Source: an uncultured bacterium
Lineage (GTDB): Bacteria > Actinomycetota > Acidimicrobiia > Spongiisociales > UBA5794
Direction of reading: 5' to 3'
Assembly: GCA_963801165.1 (NCBI GenBank)
Contig: CAWDDT010000011.1
Span: forward strand, 320,001 to 384,000
DNA length: 64,000 nucleotides
The notes beneath the pieces were generated by a model that saw nothing but the letters and a program-made list of their open reading frames with translations, did not search any database and was not told the DNA's origin. How positions within the stretch are numbered: the stretch's first letter is position 1; every line of letters begins with the position of its first letter. Shown piece after piece: positions 32,036 through 41,582 of this stretch. The position numbers and the translations under genes are program-made.

Positions 32036-32425
32036 TCAGCCTGCTTGGCCGACGTGATCGGCTACCCGGCCGGTTGCCCGGAATGGCCGAACCTCTATCG
32101 GATGGCCGATCGCGGCAACGACCTTGTCGGCCCATGCCAGCGCCGCATCGAGATCGTCGGCGTTGAGGACGTAGAAGCCTGCGATGTGCTCCTTGGCCTC
32201 GACGAAAGGTCCGTCGATCATGATGATGTCACCGTCGTGCGACCGAACCACGGTCGAGGCGTCGGGATCGTACAGCGCACCACCAAACACGAACGCGCCC
32301 GCATCATCCATCTCGGCTTCGAGGGCGATAACCCGCTCCATGAATCTCTGCATTTCCTCAGGCGTCGTCGCGGCACCTTCGACCTCGCCTTCAACCGCAT
32401 AGGTTGACAAAAGGTACTGGCTCAT
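32036..32425 (-). CDS. YciI/DGPF family protein
   Basis: IDGPFVEAKEHIAGFY and IEVRP motifs; RBS GAGGAG. Confidence 0.9.
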   Translation of the reverse strand: MSQYLLSTYAVEGEVEGAATTPEEMQRFMERVIALEAEMDDAGAFVFGGALYDPDASTVVRSHDGDIIMIDGPFVEAKEHIAGFYVLNADDLDAALAWADKVVAAIGHPIEVRPFRATGRVADHVGQAG

Positions 32426-32601
32426 CAGAGCTCCTCTGCTTGGGGCGGGCTCTTCCCGCTCACACCCTACCTACGAACGGGATTCGCCGATGAGGACAAC
32501 GAATTACCGATGCAGTCGGTACGCAGCGACGGCAATGTGGGGTGACCGTCTCACTCCCCGCAAGCACAGAACCAATGAGACAATAAGGGGAGGAGGGCCG
32601 C

Positions 32602-33753
32602 ATGCAGGTCATAAACGACAAGCTGAAGGTGTGGGCCAACGACCTCGACCAGGCGACTCTGGCACAGGCAGAGCGGACCGCGCGACTGCCCATCGTGACC
32701 GGGCATGTTGCCCTCATGCCGGACGCGCATCTGGGGCTCGGCGCGACCATCGGGTCTGTAGTCCCCACCGAGGGCGCGGTTATCCCGGCATGCGTTGGAG
32801 TCGACCTCGGCTGCGGCATGATCGCCGTTCACACCGACCTCGACGCCGGCGACCTACCGGACAATCTCGATCCCCTGCTCGGTCAGATCGAGAAGGCGAT
32901 TCCCGCAGGGGTCGGCCGCGGACACAAGGTGCGAGAGGCGGACGCCTGGCTCGATGGGCACCGGCCCCGAACGGACATCACCGGTCGTCTCGAGCAGAAG
33001 GCCTATGCCCAGATGGGCACGCTCGGCTCGGGAAACCACTTCGCCGAGATCAGCCTCGACGAGCACAACGAGGTCTGGCTGGTCATCCACTCCGGTTCCC
33101 GAGGCATCGGCAATCTGCTGGCGCAGTCGCATATCACCAAGGCAAAGGCTGTCGCTGCGCGTCTCAGCCTCGGGTTGGAGGACCCGAACCTGGCGTACCT
33201 GCTCGAGGGCACCACCGAGTTCGACCACTACATCGCCGACCTACGGTTCGCCCAGGCGTATGCGCTGCAGAACCGGGAGACGATGATGGACGCCATACTC
33301 GACATCGTCCTCCGTTTCGTGGGCAAGGGTCGAGAGCTGGATCGGGTCAACTGCCACCACAACTACACCGAGCAGGAGACCCACCAGGGCCGGACCCTGT
33401 GGATCACCCGCAAGGGCGCCATCAGCGCCCGGAACGGTGAGAAGGGTATTCTGCCCGGGTCAATGGGAACGGACACGTACATCGTGTCCGGCCTCGGCAA
33501 CCCCGAGTCCTACCGCTCGAGCGCCCACGGCGCGGGACGCCGGATGTCCCGGACCCAGGCCAGGAAGCAGCTGACCACCAGGTCGCTGCGCGAGGCGATG
33601 CAGGGCCGGACCTGGCTGTCCGCTCGGGCCAAGGCGCTGGTCGACGAGCACCCGGACGCGTACAAGGACGTACGGGAGGTCATCCGGCTCTCCGCCGACC
33701 TGGTGACCGTGGACCATCGTCTCCGGGCCGTCCTCAACTACAAGGGGACCTGA
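32602..33753 (+). CDS. rtcB: RtcB family RNA ligase
   Basis: MPDAHLG, GVDLGCG, GTLGSGNHF, IHSGSRG, CHHNY, RKGA, PGSMG, HGAGRRMSR, DEHPDAYK. Confidence 0.95.
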   Translation: MQVINDKLKVWANDLDQATLAQAERTARLPIVTGHVALMPDAHLGLGATIGSVVPTEGAVIPACVGVDLGCGMIAVHTDLDAGDLPDNLDPLLGQIEKAIPAGVGRGHKVREADAWLDGHRPRTDITGRLEQKAYAQMGTLGSGNHFAEISLDEHNEVWLVIHSGSRGIGNLLAQSHITKAKAVAARLSLGLEDPNLAYLLEGTTEFDHYIADLRFAQAYALQNRETMMDAILDIVLRFVGKGRELDRVNCHHNYTEQETHQGRTLWITRKGAISARNGEKGILPGSMGTDTYIVSGLGNPESYRSSAHGAGRRMSRTQARKQLTTRSLREAMQGRTWLSARAKALVDEHPDAYKDVREVIRLSADLVTVDHRLRAVLNYKGT

Positions 33754-33759
33754 CCTCCG

Positions 33760-34284
33760 CTACTTGCGGATGTGATTCGCCTTCATCGCGTGGACGTTGG
33801 CGGCAAAGACATCGTCGACGGTCACGAAGGCGTTCGGGTTCAAGGCCTTGATCACCCTGATCGCTTCGTTCTGGCGCCGGCGCGGTATCGCCAGGATCGT
33901 GAGCCGGACCTCGCCTTGACGACCCTCACCGTTGATTACGGTCGCTCCGAATCCGAGGTCCCGTAGCTCTCCGGCCACCGTCGGCGAGCCGTAGGGGGCG
34001 AGAACACGCAAGAAGACCTGGCCCGAGGCGATCAACTCGTCGAGAAAACCGCCGAGGACCGTGCCTAGCCCAAAGCCACTGGCGTATGCGACAGCCTTCC
34101 ACCATTGGTCGAGATCGGAGAGAACGAGCCCGGCGGCTATCAACCAGGTCAGCGATTCGAAGAACCCGAGCGAACCGGCAATCATGCGCCGTCCTCGCAC
34201 CAAATACTGAATACGTAGTGAGCCGATCGACACGTCGATGAGGCGGAGGGCGATGATGCCGAGGACAACGGCGGCTACATACAT
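33760..34284 (-). CDS. DUF2179-like membrane protein
   Basis: RLIDVSIGSLRI, GFFE, YASGFGLG, LRDLGFGAT..GEG, PNAFV. Confidence 0.8.
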   Translation of the reverse strand: MYVAAVVLGIIALRLIDVSIGSLRIQYLVRGRRMIAGSLGFFESLTWLIAAGLVLSDLDQWWKAVAYASGFGLGTVLGGFLDELIASGQVFLRVLAPYGSPTVAGELRDLGFGATVINGEGRQGEVRLTILAIPRRRQNEAIRVIKALNPNAFVTVDDVFAANVHAMKANHIRK

Positions 34285-34335
34285 GGCTCGGAAACTCTAG
34301 CGGCAGGCCCCGAGCTATCCCGGTTGGTCGACCCC

Positions 34336-35016
34336 TCAGTCGACCCGGACGAGCGCTGCCTCCGGGGCACGCTCGATCCCAAAACTCAACGCCGTCTCGT
34401 CGAGGATCAAGTTGAGCTGCATCCCGGGTGGTGTTGCCACCGCGGCGACCACGTCATTGGCGATGTAGAGGTCGATGATCTCCTGCCCGAAGTGCTCGAC
34501 GGGCGACAGGCCGCTGACATCCAGCTCGCTGATCTTGTCGGACAGCTCCGCGCCGACCGACTTGGCCAGGGCACGCTTGCGCACCGCCAATTTCCAGAAC
34601 GTCCGTGCCGGATCGTGCGAGCCGGCGACCTTCAGCTGTTCGTCCAGCGTGAACTCGTCTGAGATCCGTTGTGGCAACTCAACGTCGTCGCCGAGTCGTT
34701 TGGCAGCCACGCCGATGCCCTGGCGAAAAGCCGTCGCCAGAACCGCCAGGCTGCCGGTATAACTGAAGCTGAAGGACAGATCGGTGACGGGTGACACGAC
34801 TTCGTCACGGTTTGACCGGCCACCGCGCAGCCGCACCAACGACGGAGGGTAGCGAAGGTAGTCTGCCAGCGCTCGTCTCAGCCAGGTCCGCGCCACCAGA
34901 TACTCGCCGCGGCCCACCACCGAGTCGATGGTGCCGGCATGTAGTAGCTCGGACGTTGCCAGTAGCCCGCGATCGATCTCGCCGCCGCAAGCATCAGCAA
35001 CCACGATGTCCACCAT
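34336..35016 (-). CDS. Sfp-type phosphopantetheinyl transferase-like protein, degenerate
   Basis: R..YLVAR..LR..LA.YL, LSFSFSY, IGV, FW...RKRALAKSVG layout of Sfp PPTases but with catalytic residues replaced; start uncertain. Confidence 0.6.
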   Translation of the reverse strand: MVDIVVADACGGEIDRGLLATSELLHAGTIDSVVGRGEYLVARTWLRRALADYLRYPPSLVRLRGGRSNRDEVVSPVTDLSFSFSYTGSLAVLATAFRQGIGVAAKRLGDDVELPQRISDEFTLDEQLKVAGSHDPARTFWKLAVRKRALAKSVGAELSDKISELDVSGLSPVEHFGQEIIDLYIANDVVAAVATPPGMQLNLILDETALSFGIERAPEAALVRVD

Positions 35017-35194
35017 ACGAGCGAACACGCTCCACCACTCTCTGTTTAGTCTGACCACTAAGAGTAGTCTCGGCACAGGGGCGCCTGGATCCGGCCACCC
35101 AGGATGGGTCAAGCTGCAGCCACCGACCGGCGTTCGCCGGCTTGTGGCACAATGCTCCTCTCAGTCTGGCTCATCTCAGCCTGGAGGATTTCAG

Positions 35195-36046
35195 TTGGAC
35201 AAGATCGGAGCAATGATCCGCCGCGACATCCCGCCCGCAAAGGTGGTCGAGTATGCCCGCGCCATCGAGGACGGATTCGACGAGCTGTGGGTCGTCGAGG
35301 ATCTGCCGTACGCGGGCGGGATCAGCCAGGCATCGGCGGTACTCGCGGCCACGTCGTCTGTAGCCGTCGGCCACGGTGTCGCTCCTGCCCCGTTCCGCAA
35401 CCCGGCGGCGCTTGCCATGGAATGGGCCACGCTCGCCGGGCTCTACCCGGGACGGTTCATCGGCGGTATCGGTCACGGCGTACAGAAATGGATGGAGCAG
35501 GTCGGTGATCGAGTCGGCTCGCCGTTGACGCTGCTCGCCGAGACGATCACTGCGGTGCGGCAACTGCTGGCCGGGGAGTCGGTGACGGTGAACGGCAGAT
35601 ACGTTCAGATCGACGATCTGCGACTCGAGTTTCCTCCCGAGCAAGCGCCCCTGGTCCTCGCCGGTGTCACCGGTCCCAAGTCGCTGGTGGTCTCAGGTGC
35701 AGTTGCCGACGGGACGGTCATCTCGGAGGGGCACGGCCCGGACGACATCCAACGTGTCCGCGAGCTCACGTCGCGTGGAGCTCGAGAGGCGGGGCGAACC
35801 GAACCACATCAGCTCACGGTCTTCGCGGCGTTCTACGTCGGCGATCCCGAAGGTCGAGCGGAAGCCAACCCCGATGCCATAACAGGATGGGAGGCGGTCG
35901 GTGGCGACCCCGCCGGTGTGTCCGCCAGCCTCCAGACCCTCATCGACGCGGGAGCGGACTCGATTGTGCTCGTCCCTCTGGGCAAAGACACTGCTCAGCA
36001 GCTGCAACTGGCGAGAACCGAGATCATCCCGAACCTGGTGCGCTGA
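35195..36046 (+). CDS. LLM-class flavin/F420-dependent oxidoreductase
   Basis: GFDELWVVED, RNPAALAME.ATL..PGRF..GIGHG, GPKSL..SGAVADG; GGAGG before TTG 35195. Confidence 0.85.
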   Translation: MDKIGAMIRRDIPPAKVVEYARAIEDGFDELWVVEDLPYAGGISQASAVLAATSSVAVGHGVAPAPFRNPAALAMEWATLAGLYPGRFIGGIGHGVQKWMEQVGDRVGSPLTLLAETITAVRQLLAGESVTVNGRYVQIDDLRLEFPPEQAPLVLAGVTGPKSLVVSGAVADGTVISEGHGPDDIQRVRELTSRGAREAGRTEPHQLTVFAAFYVGDPEGRAEANPDAITGWEAVGGDPAGVSASLQTLIDAGADSIVLVPLGKDTAQQLQLARTEIIPNLVR

Positions 36047-36896
36047 GCTGCCGCGCTCCGAGAGCGGCGCACGAGTACGAGGCGACCCGACCGGCTGCAG
36101 CCAGGGCGTCGAACGAACTACGGCCTTCGGCGTAACGGTAATGAAGATAGGCGCCGTGCAACACATCGCCGGCTCCGGTGGTATCCACCACCTCAACCTG
36201 CGGGACCTCGATCTCGGCCAAACCATACTCATCGACCGTCGCGATCGGCTGAGGGCCGCGGCTGGCCGCGACCAGCTCCGCCCCGTATTCCTCCCGCATC
36301 CCCACCACCGCCTCTGCCGGCGTTGCCGCCTCAAGCCCTGGCGGGCGAAAAGTCGCGGTCATGACAATGTCGGTCGCCACCGGCAAGAGATCGGCGAACA
36401 CCGGACGCCAGCGACCACAGTCGAGCACGATCGGAACCCCGGCGGCTGCAGCCATCGCCGCCAGCATCGTTTGCAGCCGCGGGTAGTGCCCGTCGAGCAG
36501 GACGGCCGACACCCCTTCGAGCTGCACCAGCTCAGGCCGACCCTCGACCTCGGATCGTCTGTTGTCGGTTGAGAGGATTGTCCGCTCGCCGGTCTGATCG
36601 ATCCACACGCTTGCTACGGGCAAATCGATCGACGGCTCGTGGTCCACCACGGCCACGCCGTACCGCCGCAGACAGTCGCTCGCCTGCAACGAGAACGGCC
36701 CTGTCCCGAACACCGAGTGCACCTCCGCGTCGCTCCCCAGCAGCGCGGCGGTCACGGCAGCGTTGGCGACCGGGCCGCCCACGTCGAAGTACGAGGTAGC
36801 CGCCGTCCCCTTTTGGCCGCGCTCAGGCAGCGCGTCTGCGAAGTACGCCAGATCGAATGTCGTCAACCCGCCGCACACGAACCGGGCCACGGTCAC
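36024..36896 (-). CDS. PfkB family carbohydrate kinase
   Basis: GGPVANAA and VVDTTGAGDVLHGA signatures. Confidence 0.9.
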   Translation of the reverse strand: MTVARFVCGGLTTFDLAYFADALPERGQKGTAATSYFDVGGPVANAAVTAALLGSDAEVHSVFGTGPFSLQASDCLRRYGVAVVDHEPSIDLPVASVWIDQTGERTILSTDNRRSEVEGRPELVQLEGVSAVLLDGHYPRLQTMLAAMAAAAGVPIVLDCGRWRPVFADLLPVATDIVMTATFRPPGLEAATPAEAVVGMREEYGAELVAASRGPQPIATVDEYGLAEIEVPQVEVVDTTGAGDVLHGAYLHYRYAEGRSSFDALAAAGRVASYSCAALGARQLSAPGSG

Positions 36897-36981
36897 CTCC
36901 TCATCTCCTCGCGGCGCGGCGGAACGATCGCAGACTCACCGCTTCGATCGAGGACGCGCAGGATGCACTAGCGTGCGTTGC

Positions 36982-37410
36982 ATGCGATACTCGATAGGGC
37001 TTCTCGCCATGGCTCTTGCCGCGTGCTCCAGCGCTAGCGGCGTGCTGGCGATCAGCGATTCCTGGGCGCCGTCCATGCCACCAAACGCCCCGACCGCCGC
37101 GATCTACCTCACCATCGACAACGAGACCGGCATCGATGACCAGCTGCTTACGGTGTCCTCGCCGCGATGCGGCACCACCGAGATCCACTCCACCACCATC
37201 GATGAGAACCAGGTCATGAAGATGCGGCCCGCGACCCCCGAGCAACTGCAAATCCCGGCGGGAGACAAGCTGGAGATGATGCCTGGTGGGCTGCACGTGA
37301 TGTGCATCGACCCCACGGCACCTCTCGCAGATGGCGAGATGCTCGATGTGACGGTGACTTTCGAAAAGGCCGGCGACATCGCGATCACGACACCCGTTGA
37401 GGATCGCTGA
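36982..37410 (+). CDS. Copper chaperone PCu(A)C lipoprotein
   Basis: LAAC lipobox; AAIYL, EIH..MKMRP, PGGLHVM. Confidence 0.88.
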   Translation: MRYSIGLLAMALAACSSASGVLAISDSWAPSMPPNAPTAAIYLTIDNETGIDDQLLTVSSPRCGTTEIHSTTIDENQVMKMRPATPEQLQIPAGDKLEMMPGGLHVMCIDPTAPLADGEMLDVTVTFEKAGDIAITTPVEDR

Positions 37411-37433
37411 GAACCCGGACCGGGTGATGAAGG

Positions 37434-37892
37434 TCACGGCCTACCCAGCCTGGTCTTCGAAGTGTCGGCCGCATCGGCAACCGCTCTCAAGAACCGGGTT
37501 ATCGCTGCGAGCTCGCCGTCGGTGAACGAGTCGGCAAGGTCGGTGATGGCGTCGTTCATCGGTCGGAACAGACGCAGCAGTTCCGGCCCCCGACTTCTTA
37601 TGGGCCGGATGATCGTTCGCCGGCGATCGCCGGGATCCCGGTCACGTTCTATCCAACCGCCGTTCTCCAGCCTGTCGAGCACACCGGTGAGCGTCGCCGG
37701 ATGAATGCCGGTGCGTCCGACGATCTCGCTCGGTGTCGCTGCGCCATCGCGAGCCAGCATGTCGAGCACCGTCAGGTCCTGACCCCTCAGCTCGAGGTGC
37801 GCCCCGACCAGATGGTTGAGTGTCGACAGCCCGGCGCCGGCGGCACGGAGCGCCTCTCTCAGATCTGCTATCAACCGGGTTCGTTCAGTCAT
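37434..37892 (-). CDS. MarR family regulator
   Basis: LTGVLDRLE..GWIER.RDPGDRR. Confidence 0.9.
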   Translation of the reverse strand: MTERTRLIADLREALRAAGAGLSTLNHLVGAHLELRGQDLTVLDMLARDGAATPSEIVGRTGIHPATLTGVLDRLENGGWIERDRDPGDRRRTIIRPIRSRGPELLRLFRPMNDAITDLADSFTDGELAAITRFLRAVADAADTSKTRLGRP

Positions 37893-37942
37893 TTCGGTTT
37901 TCGTATAATATGGGATTCATAATAGATCTGAGGAGGTCACTC

Positions 37943-38398
37943 GTGAACCAGTATCGCCACACATGGTTCGCCCGTCTATTCAACCGCATCGTCACTCGAC
38001 TGATCAGATGGGGCGTTCCCATGGGACCGATGGCCCTGCTGACCGTTGCCGGTAGGAAAACCGGACTCCCCCGCAGCACCCCGATCGCGGTGGCACCGCA
38101 TCCGGACGGCTGGCGGCTTATCGCGCCGTATGGCGCGGTGCAATGGGTTCGGAACCTGCGCGCCGCCGGCACCGCGACGTTGACCAGGCGTGGCTCCACC
38201 CGGACCGTCGCAGCGTCAGAGGTCCCCGTCGATGAGGCCGGGCAGCTGCTACGGCAGAGCCTCTCGGAGACGGGCTTCATGGTCAGACGCTTGTTGTCCC
38301 CGTACTTCGAGGCGACGCTGTCAGGTGACGCCGCAGCCTGGGAAGCCGAGGCCCTCACCCACCCCGTGTTCATCCTGCAAGAGCGACCAGAGAGCTAG
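37943..38398 (+). CDS. Deazaflavin (F420)-dependent nitroreductase family protein
   Basis: LTVAGRKTGLPRSTP, WVRNLRA, HPVF; AGGAGG RBS; divergent from MarR. Confidence 0.85.
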   Translation: MNQYRHTWFARLFNRIVTRLIRWGVPMGPMALLTVAGRKTGLPRSTPIAVAPHPDGWRLIAPYGAVQWVRNLRAAGTATLTRRGSTRTVAASEVPVDEAGQLLRQSLSETGFMVRRLLSPYFEATLSGDAAAWEAEALTHPVFILQERPES

Positions 38399-38964
38399 CG
38401 ACGCCGCCGACCCGGACCGGCGGCGACACCGAGCCACCACAGAAAGCCCAGGCCGGCGAGCTCGACGAGATGCTGCGACTCTTTCACGAGCGTGCTCGCT
38501 CCGTTCACCAGGTCGATGAGCGCCGAGACGGTGAGAGCAAACGTGAAGGCGGCCGCAAACGGAACCATGCCGTAGGCGCGATCCGGCCGCCAGGCGACGG
38601 AAAGGAAAGCAAGTCCGAGCGCGACGTCGAACGCCGCCTGGTGACGCTCGAGATGGATCGCTGATCCGCTGCCGGCTGAGAACATGGCGACAATATGCCC
38701 CCCGATCAAGAGCACCGCAGCCAGGGCGAGGGCAAACCGAATCCAGCGGTGTAGCGCAAACCGCTCCGGGAGGGCCGACACCGAAACCGCCGTTGGCGAC
38801 CCGGCCGTGACGGGGTGCATCGTGGCCCGCCGCAGCCGATGCGCGGCCTCCTGCCAACTGCGACACGCGGCACAATGTGCGAGGTGGTCGCGAACGGGCT
38901 CGCCAATGGGCACGCCGACGTCTATCGCCTCCGATATCGCCAGCCGTGCCGCGTCGCACTCCAT
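38395..38964 (-). CDS. zf-HC2 (ZAS) membrane anti-sigma factor
   Basis: MEC..AR.AIS...D and HLAHCAAC (HxxxCxxC), then about four TM segments with HLERH and HLVE. Confidence 0.8.
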   Translation of the reverse strand: MECDAARLAISEAIDVGVPIGEPVRDHLAHCAACRSWQEAAHRLRRATMHPVTAGSPTAVSVSALPERFALHRWIRFALALAAVLLIGGHIVAMFSAGSGSAIHLERHQAAFDVALGLAFLSVAWRPDRAYGMVPFAAAFTFALTVSALIDLVNGASTLVKESQHLVELAGLGFLWWLGVAAGPGRRRR

Positions 38965-39019
38965 GGCGACATTCTCGCAGCAACTGGCGACACCGACCGC
39001 TCCATGGAAGACTGCCACT

Positions 39020-39547
39020 GTGGATCGGACGACAGTTCTGGCAATGCGTGCGAAGACCGGGGACCGCCGGGCTCTCGACGAGTTCGTCACGACGACCCTC
39101 CCCGACGTGCTCCGCGTGTGTCATTACCTGGGCCAACCATCGGACCCCGAAGACCTCGCCCAGGAGACCTACGCCAGGGCCTTCAGCGCCATCCACCGCT
39201 TCCGCGGTGATGGATCGGCACGCGCCTGGCTACTGTCGATCGCCCGGCGGGTCTGTGCCGACGCCACAAGACGGGAGATACGCGAGCGCCGGCTCGACCA
39301 GAAGCTCGTAGCTGATCTCATCCACGCCGACCACCACGACGAGACGTGGCTCGAAGTCGATGAGCTGCTCACCATCCTCGACGAGGACCGCCGCACCGCC
39401 TTCGTGCTCACCCAGTTCGTCGGGTTGTCGTACGAGGAAACCGCCGAGACGATGCACTGCCCCATCGGCACCGTCAGATCCCGAGTGGCACGAGCCCGCC
39501 AGCAGCTGCTCGACCACGAGCGGCCCGGCAAGGCCGACGAGCGCTGA
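39020..39547 (+). CDS. ECF sigma factor, SigC-like
   Basis: EDLAQETYARA, FRGDGSARAWLLSIARRVCAD, RTAFVLTQ..GLSYEE.A...CPIGTVRSRVARAR. Confidence 0.85.
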   Translation: MDRTTVLAMRAKTGDRRALDEFVTTTLPDVLRVCHYLGQPSDPEDLAQETYARAFSAIHRFRGDGSARAWLLSIARRVCADATRREIRERRLDQKLVADLIHADHHDETWLEVDELLTILDEDRRTAFVLTQFVGLSYEETAETMHCPIGTVRSRVARARQQLLDHERPGKADER

Positions 39548-39571
39548 CGTCGTCAGAATCTCGAGGTTCGT

Positions 39572-39599
39572 GGGAACCGCGAAGGCGGCTATTCCGACT
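39572..39599 (+). promoter_or_regulatory. SigC-type promoter GGGAAC-N17-CGACT
   Basis: GGGAAC 39572-39577, 17-nt spacer, CGACT 39595-39599, 35 nt upstream of the PCuAC start. Confidence 0.7.
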
Positions 39600-39634
39600 T
39601 GTATGCACGAGACCGCGTGCGTACGGAGGGACCA

Positions 39635-40090
39635 ATGAGAAGGGTGATTCTGCTGTTGGCCCTGCTGGGGCTGCTCGCCGGGTGCGGCGGCGGGGACGCC
39701 CTCACCGTGGCAGGCCAGTGGGCCCGCAATAGCCCGATGGCCGTAGACAGCGGCGCTGTCTACATGAACTTGACAAGCGCAGACGGCGATCGCCTTCTCT
39801 CCGCAAGCGTCGATCCGAGCGTCGCATCGACCGTAGAGGTGCACGAGACAACCCCGGTCGACGGTGAGACCGATGAGGCCGGCACGGCCATGATGACGAT
39901 GCGGCCGGTAGATTTCATCGACCTTCCGGCCGGCGAAGAAGTGCCCCTGGAACCCGGTGGATACCACATCATGCTGATCGGCCTAGCCGAGCCGCTCGTT
40001 GTCGGCGAGAAGTTCGACATCACACTGAGGTTCGAGAACTACGGCGAGAAGAGCGTCGAGGTCGAAGTAATGGAGGATGCGCCCAAGTAA
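39635..40090 (+). CDS. Copper chaperone PCu(A)C lipoprotein
   Basis: LAGC lipobox; GAVYM, EVHET..MMTMRP, PGGYHIML. Confidence 0.9.
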   Translation: MRRVILLLALLGLLAGCGGGDALTVAGQWARNSPMAVDSGAVYMNLTSADGDRLLSASVDPSVASTVEVHETTPVDGETDEAGTAMMTMRPVDFIDLPAGEEVPLEPGGYHIMLIGLAEPLVVGEKFDITLRFENYGEKSVEVEVMEDAPK

Positions 40091-40215
40091 TACAGATGAG
40101 CCATCGATCTCCGTAAGTCTTCCTACCGGCGGGGGCGAAGCCGTTATCTCCCTCACCGTTTACACGGTGCAGGTCTCCCTCCCCAAAACGGCCAACCCCC
40201 GCCGGAAGGTTGACT

Positions 40216-41220
40216 TCATGGTCGGACCGGAACCTCGTGTGCCGGACGCACCATGTCTAGGAGAACGGCGGTCACGACACCGCAAGCGCAGACCAGCACC
40301 GCGGCACCGATGAAGCGGTCGATCCAGAACGGGAGGCGGCTGGGCAGTATCGATGCCCGGAGCCAGTCCCAGCGCCGGACTCCCCAGATCACCAGTTCTG
40401 TTGCGCCAAGGAACTGGAGCGTTCGCTGAGAGCCGGCCGTCAACCGCTGCCCGCTAACCAACCCGATGGCGCTGAGTGCGAGCGCCGTCGCAGGCAATGC
40501 CCACTGCGCCCAGGGCGGGCCGGTCTCAGCTGGAACCGAGGCATATGCGGCAATGCCAACGGTCGCCGCCGACACGGCGGCGCCGATCAGGATCACCGCG
40601 ATCACCCTCCCTCGCAGGTGCAGGGCCGCAAACGCAGCCAGCAGGCCGATCGTCGCTCCGAGCACGACCGGCACACCAGAAGGGGGAGGCTGCCAGACCG
40701 ACGCCACGGTCACGTCGACGGCAACACCGTCGACTATGAGCGGGATGACACCTTCGGCTATCTCATCTCCCGGGACTTTGCCCGGGGGCCGGATCGAAGC
40801 CATCCAGTGGGTCCGGTGGTCGTGCCACGCAAAGGAACCGTCTCCGGCTACGACCATCCAGTCGGGAACAGCACCCGCATCGGCCTCGTCGGGAATCGCG
40901 ACTGCAGCGTAACGGTCACGGTTGAGGTATCGGGAGGGAGAGAGCCGGTTCTCCTCGACCGTCCCATCCGCCGAGAACCGAAGATACGGCTCGCCGGAGT
41001 AGCCGATGACATCGACCGTGACACCGCGCTCTGCGGTGAGCACAACAAACGAGTCTCCGCCCACGATCTCGACATCGATGCCCGGTACGTTTGGTTCGAT
41101 TTCGATGACGCTGCTCAGGTAGTCGGTCGGTCCCGGCGGATCGGCGGCAGCAATCGCGGCACCGGCGAGCATCCACACGATCACCAACAACCCTCCCAGG
41201 AGAAAGCGCGGCCCGCTCAC
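40216..41220 (-). CDS. Exported/membrane hypothetical protein of the copper cluster
   Basis: Signal peptide, DPPGPTDY, GYSGEPYLR, WHDHRTHWM, several C-terminal TM helices; overlaps upstream gene by GTGA. Confidence 0.75.
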   Translation of the reverse strand: MSGPRFLLGGLLVIVWMLAGAAIAAADPPGPTDYLSSVIEIEPNVPGIDVEIVGGDSFVVLTAERGVTVDVIGYSGEPYLRFSADGTVEENRLSPSRYLNRDRYAAVAIPDEADAGAVPDWMVVAGDGSFAWHDHRTHWMASIRPPGKVPGDEIAEGVIPLIVDGVAVDVTVASVWQPPPSGVPVVLGATIGLLAAFAALHLRGRVIAVILIGAAVSAATVGIAAYASVPAETGPPWAQWALPATALALSAIGLVSGQRLTAGSQRTLQFLGATELVIWGVRRWDWLRASILPSRLPFWIDRFIGAAVLVCACGVVTAVLLDMVRPAHEVPVRP

Positions 41221-41582
41221 GCCGCCACTCTGAGGACGATCCGTCCCGACGGGTGCACGGTGCAGTCCCCGATGAAAGTCCCGGGGGAGCTGAAACGCTG
41301 GCGTAGGGTTTCCCCCTTGCCAACGAAGAATGGCCCGATGAGATGGCCGCGGTCGTCCTCGTTGACAATCTCGATGACCTCGCCCACTTTCACGTCGAGC
41401 TCCTCGGGGAGGATGTCGAGCGACTCCCCCCGATCGATGGCCTCGCCCGACCCGGCGGGAATCACGTACGCATAGTCTGGAGGCCGGCGGGAGTCATCGT
41501 TGGCGAAAAGCCCGTCTTGCGCCGCGCTGCACCCCGACGCAAGCAGGGCGCCGGCTAGGACTACTGCCAGCAAGTGTCTCAC
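41217..41582 (-). CDS. Cupredoxin-like lipoprotein
   Basis: ASGC lipobox; VNEDDRGH..GPF and GDCTVHP; GTGA overlap with SCO gene. Confidence 0.7.
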   Translation of the reverse strand: MRHLLAVVLAGALLASGCSAAQDGLFANDDSRRPPDYAYVIPAGSGEAIDRGESLDILPEELDVKVGEVIEIVNEDDRGHLIGPFFVGKGETLRQRFSSPGTFIGDCTVHPSGRIVLRVAA

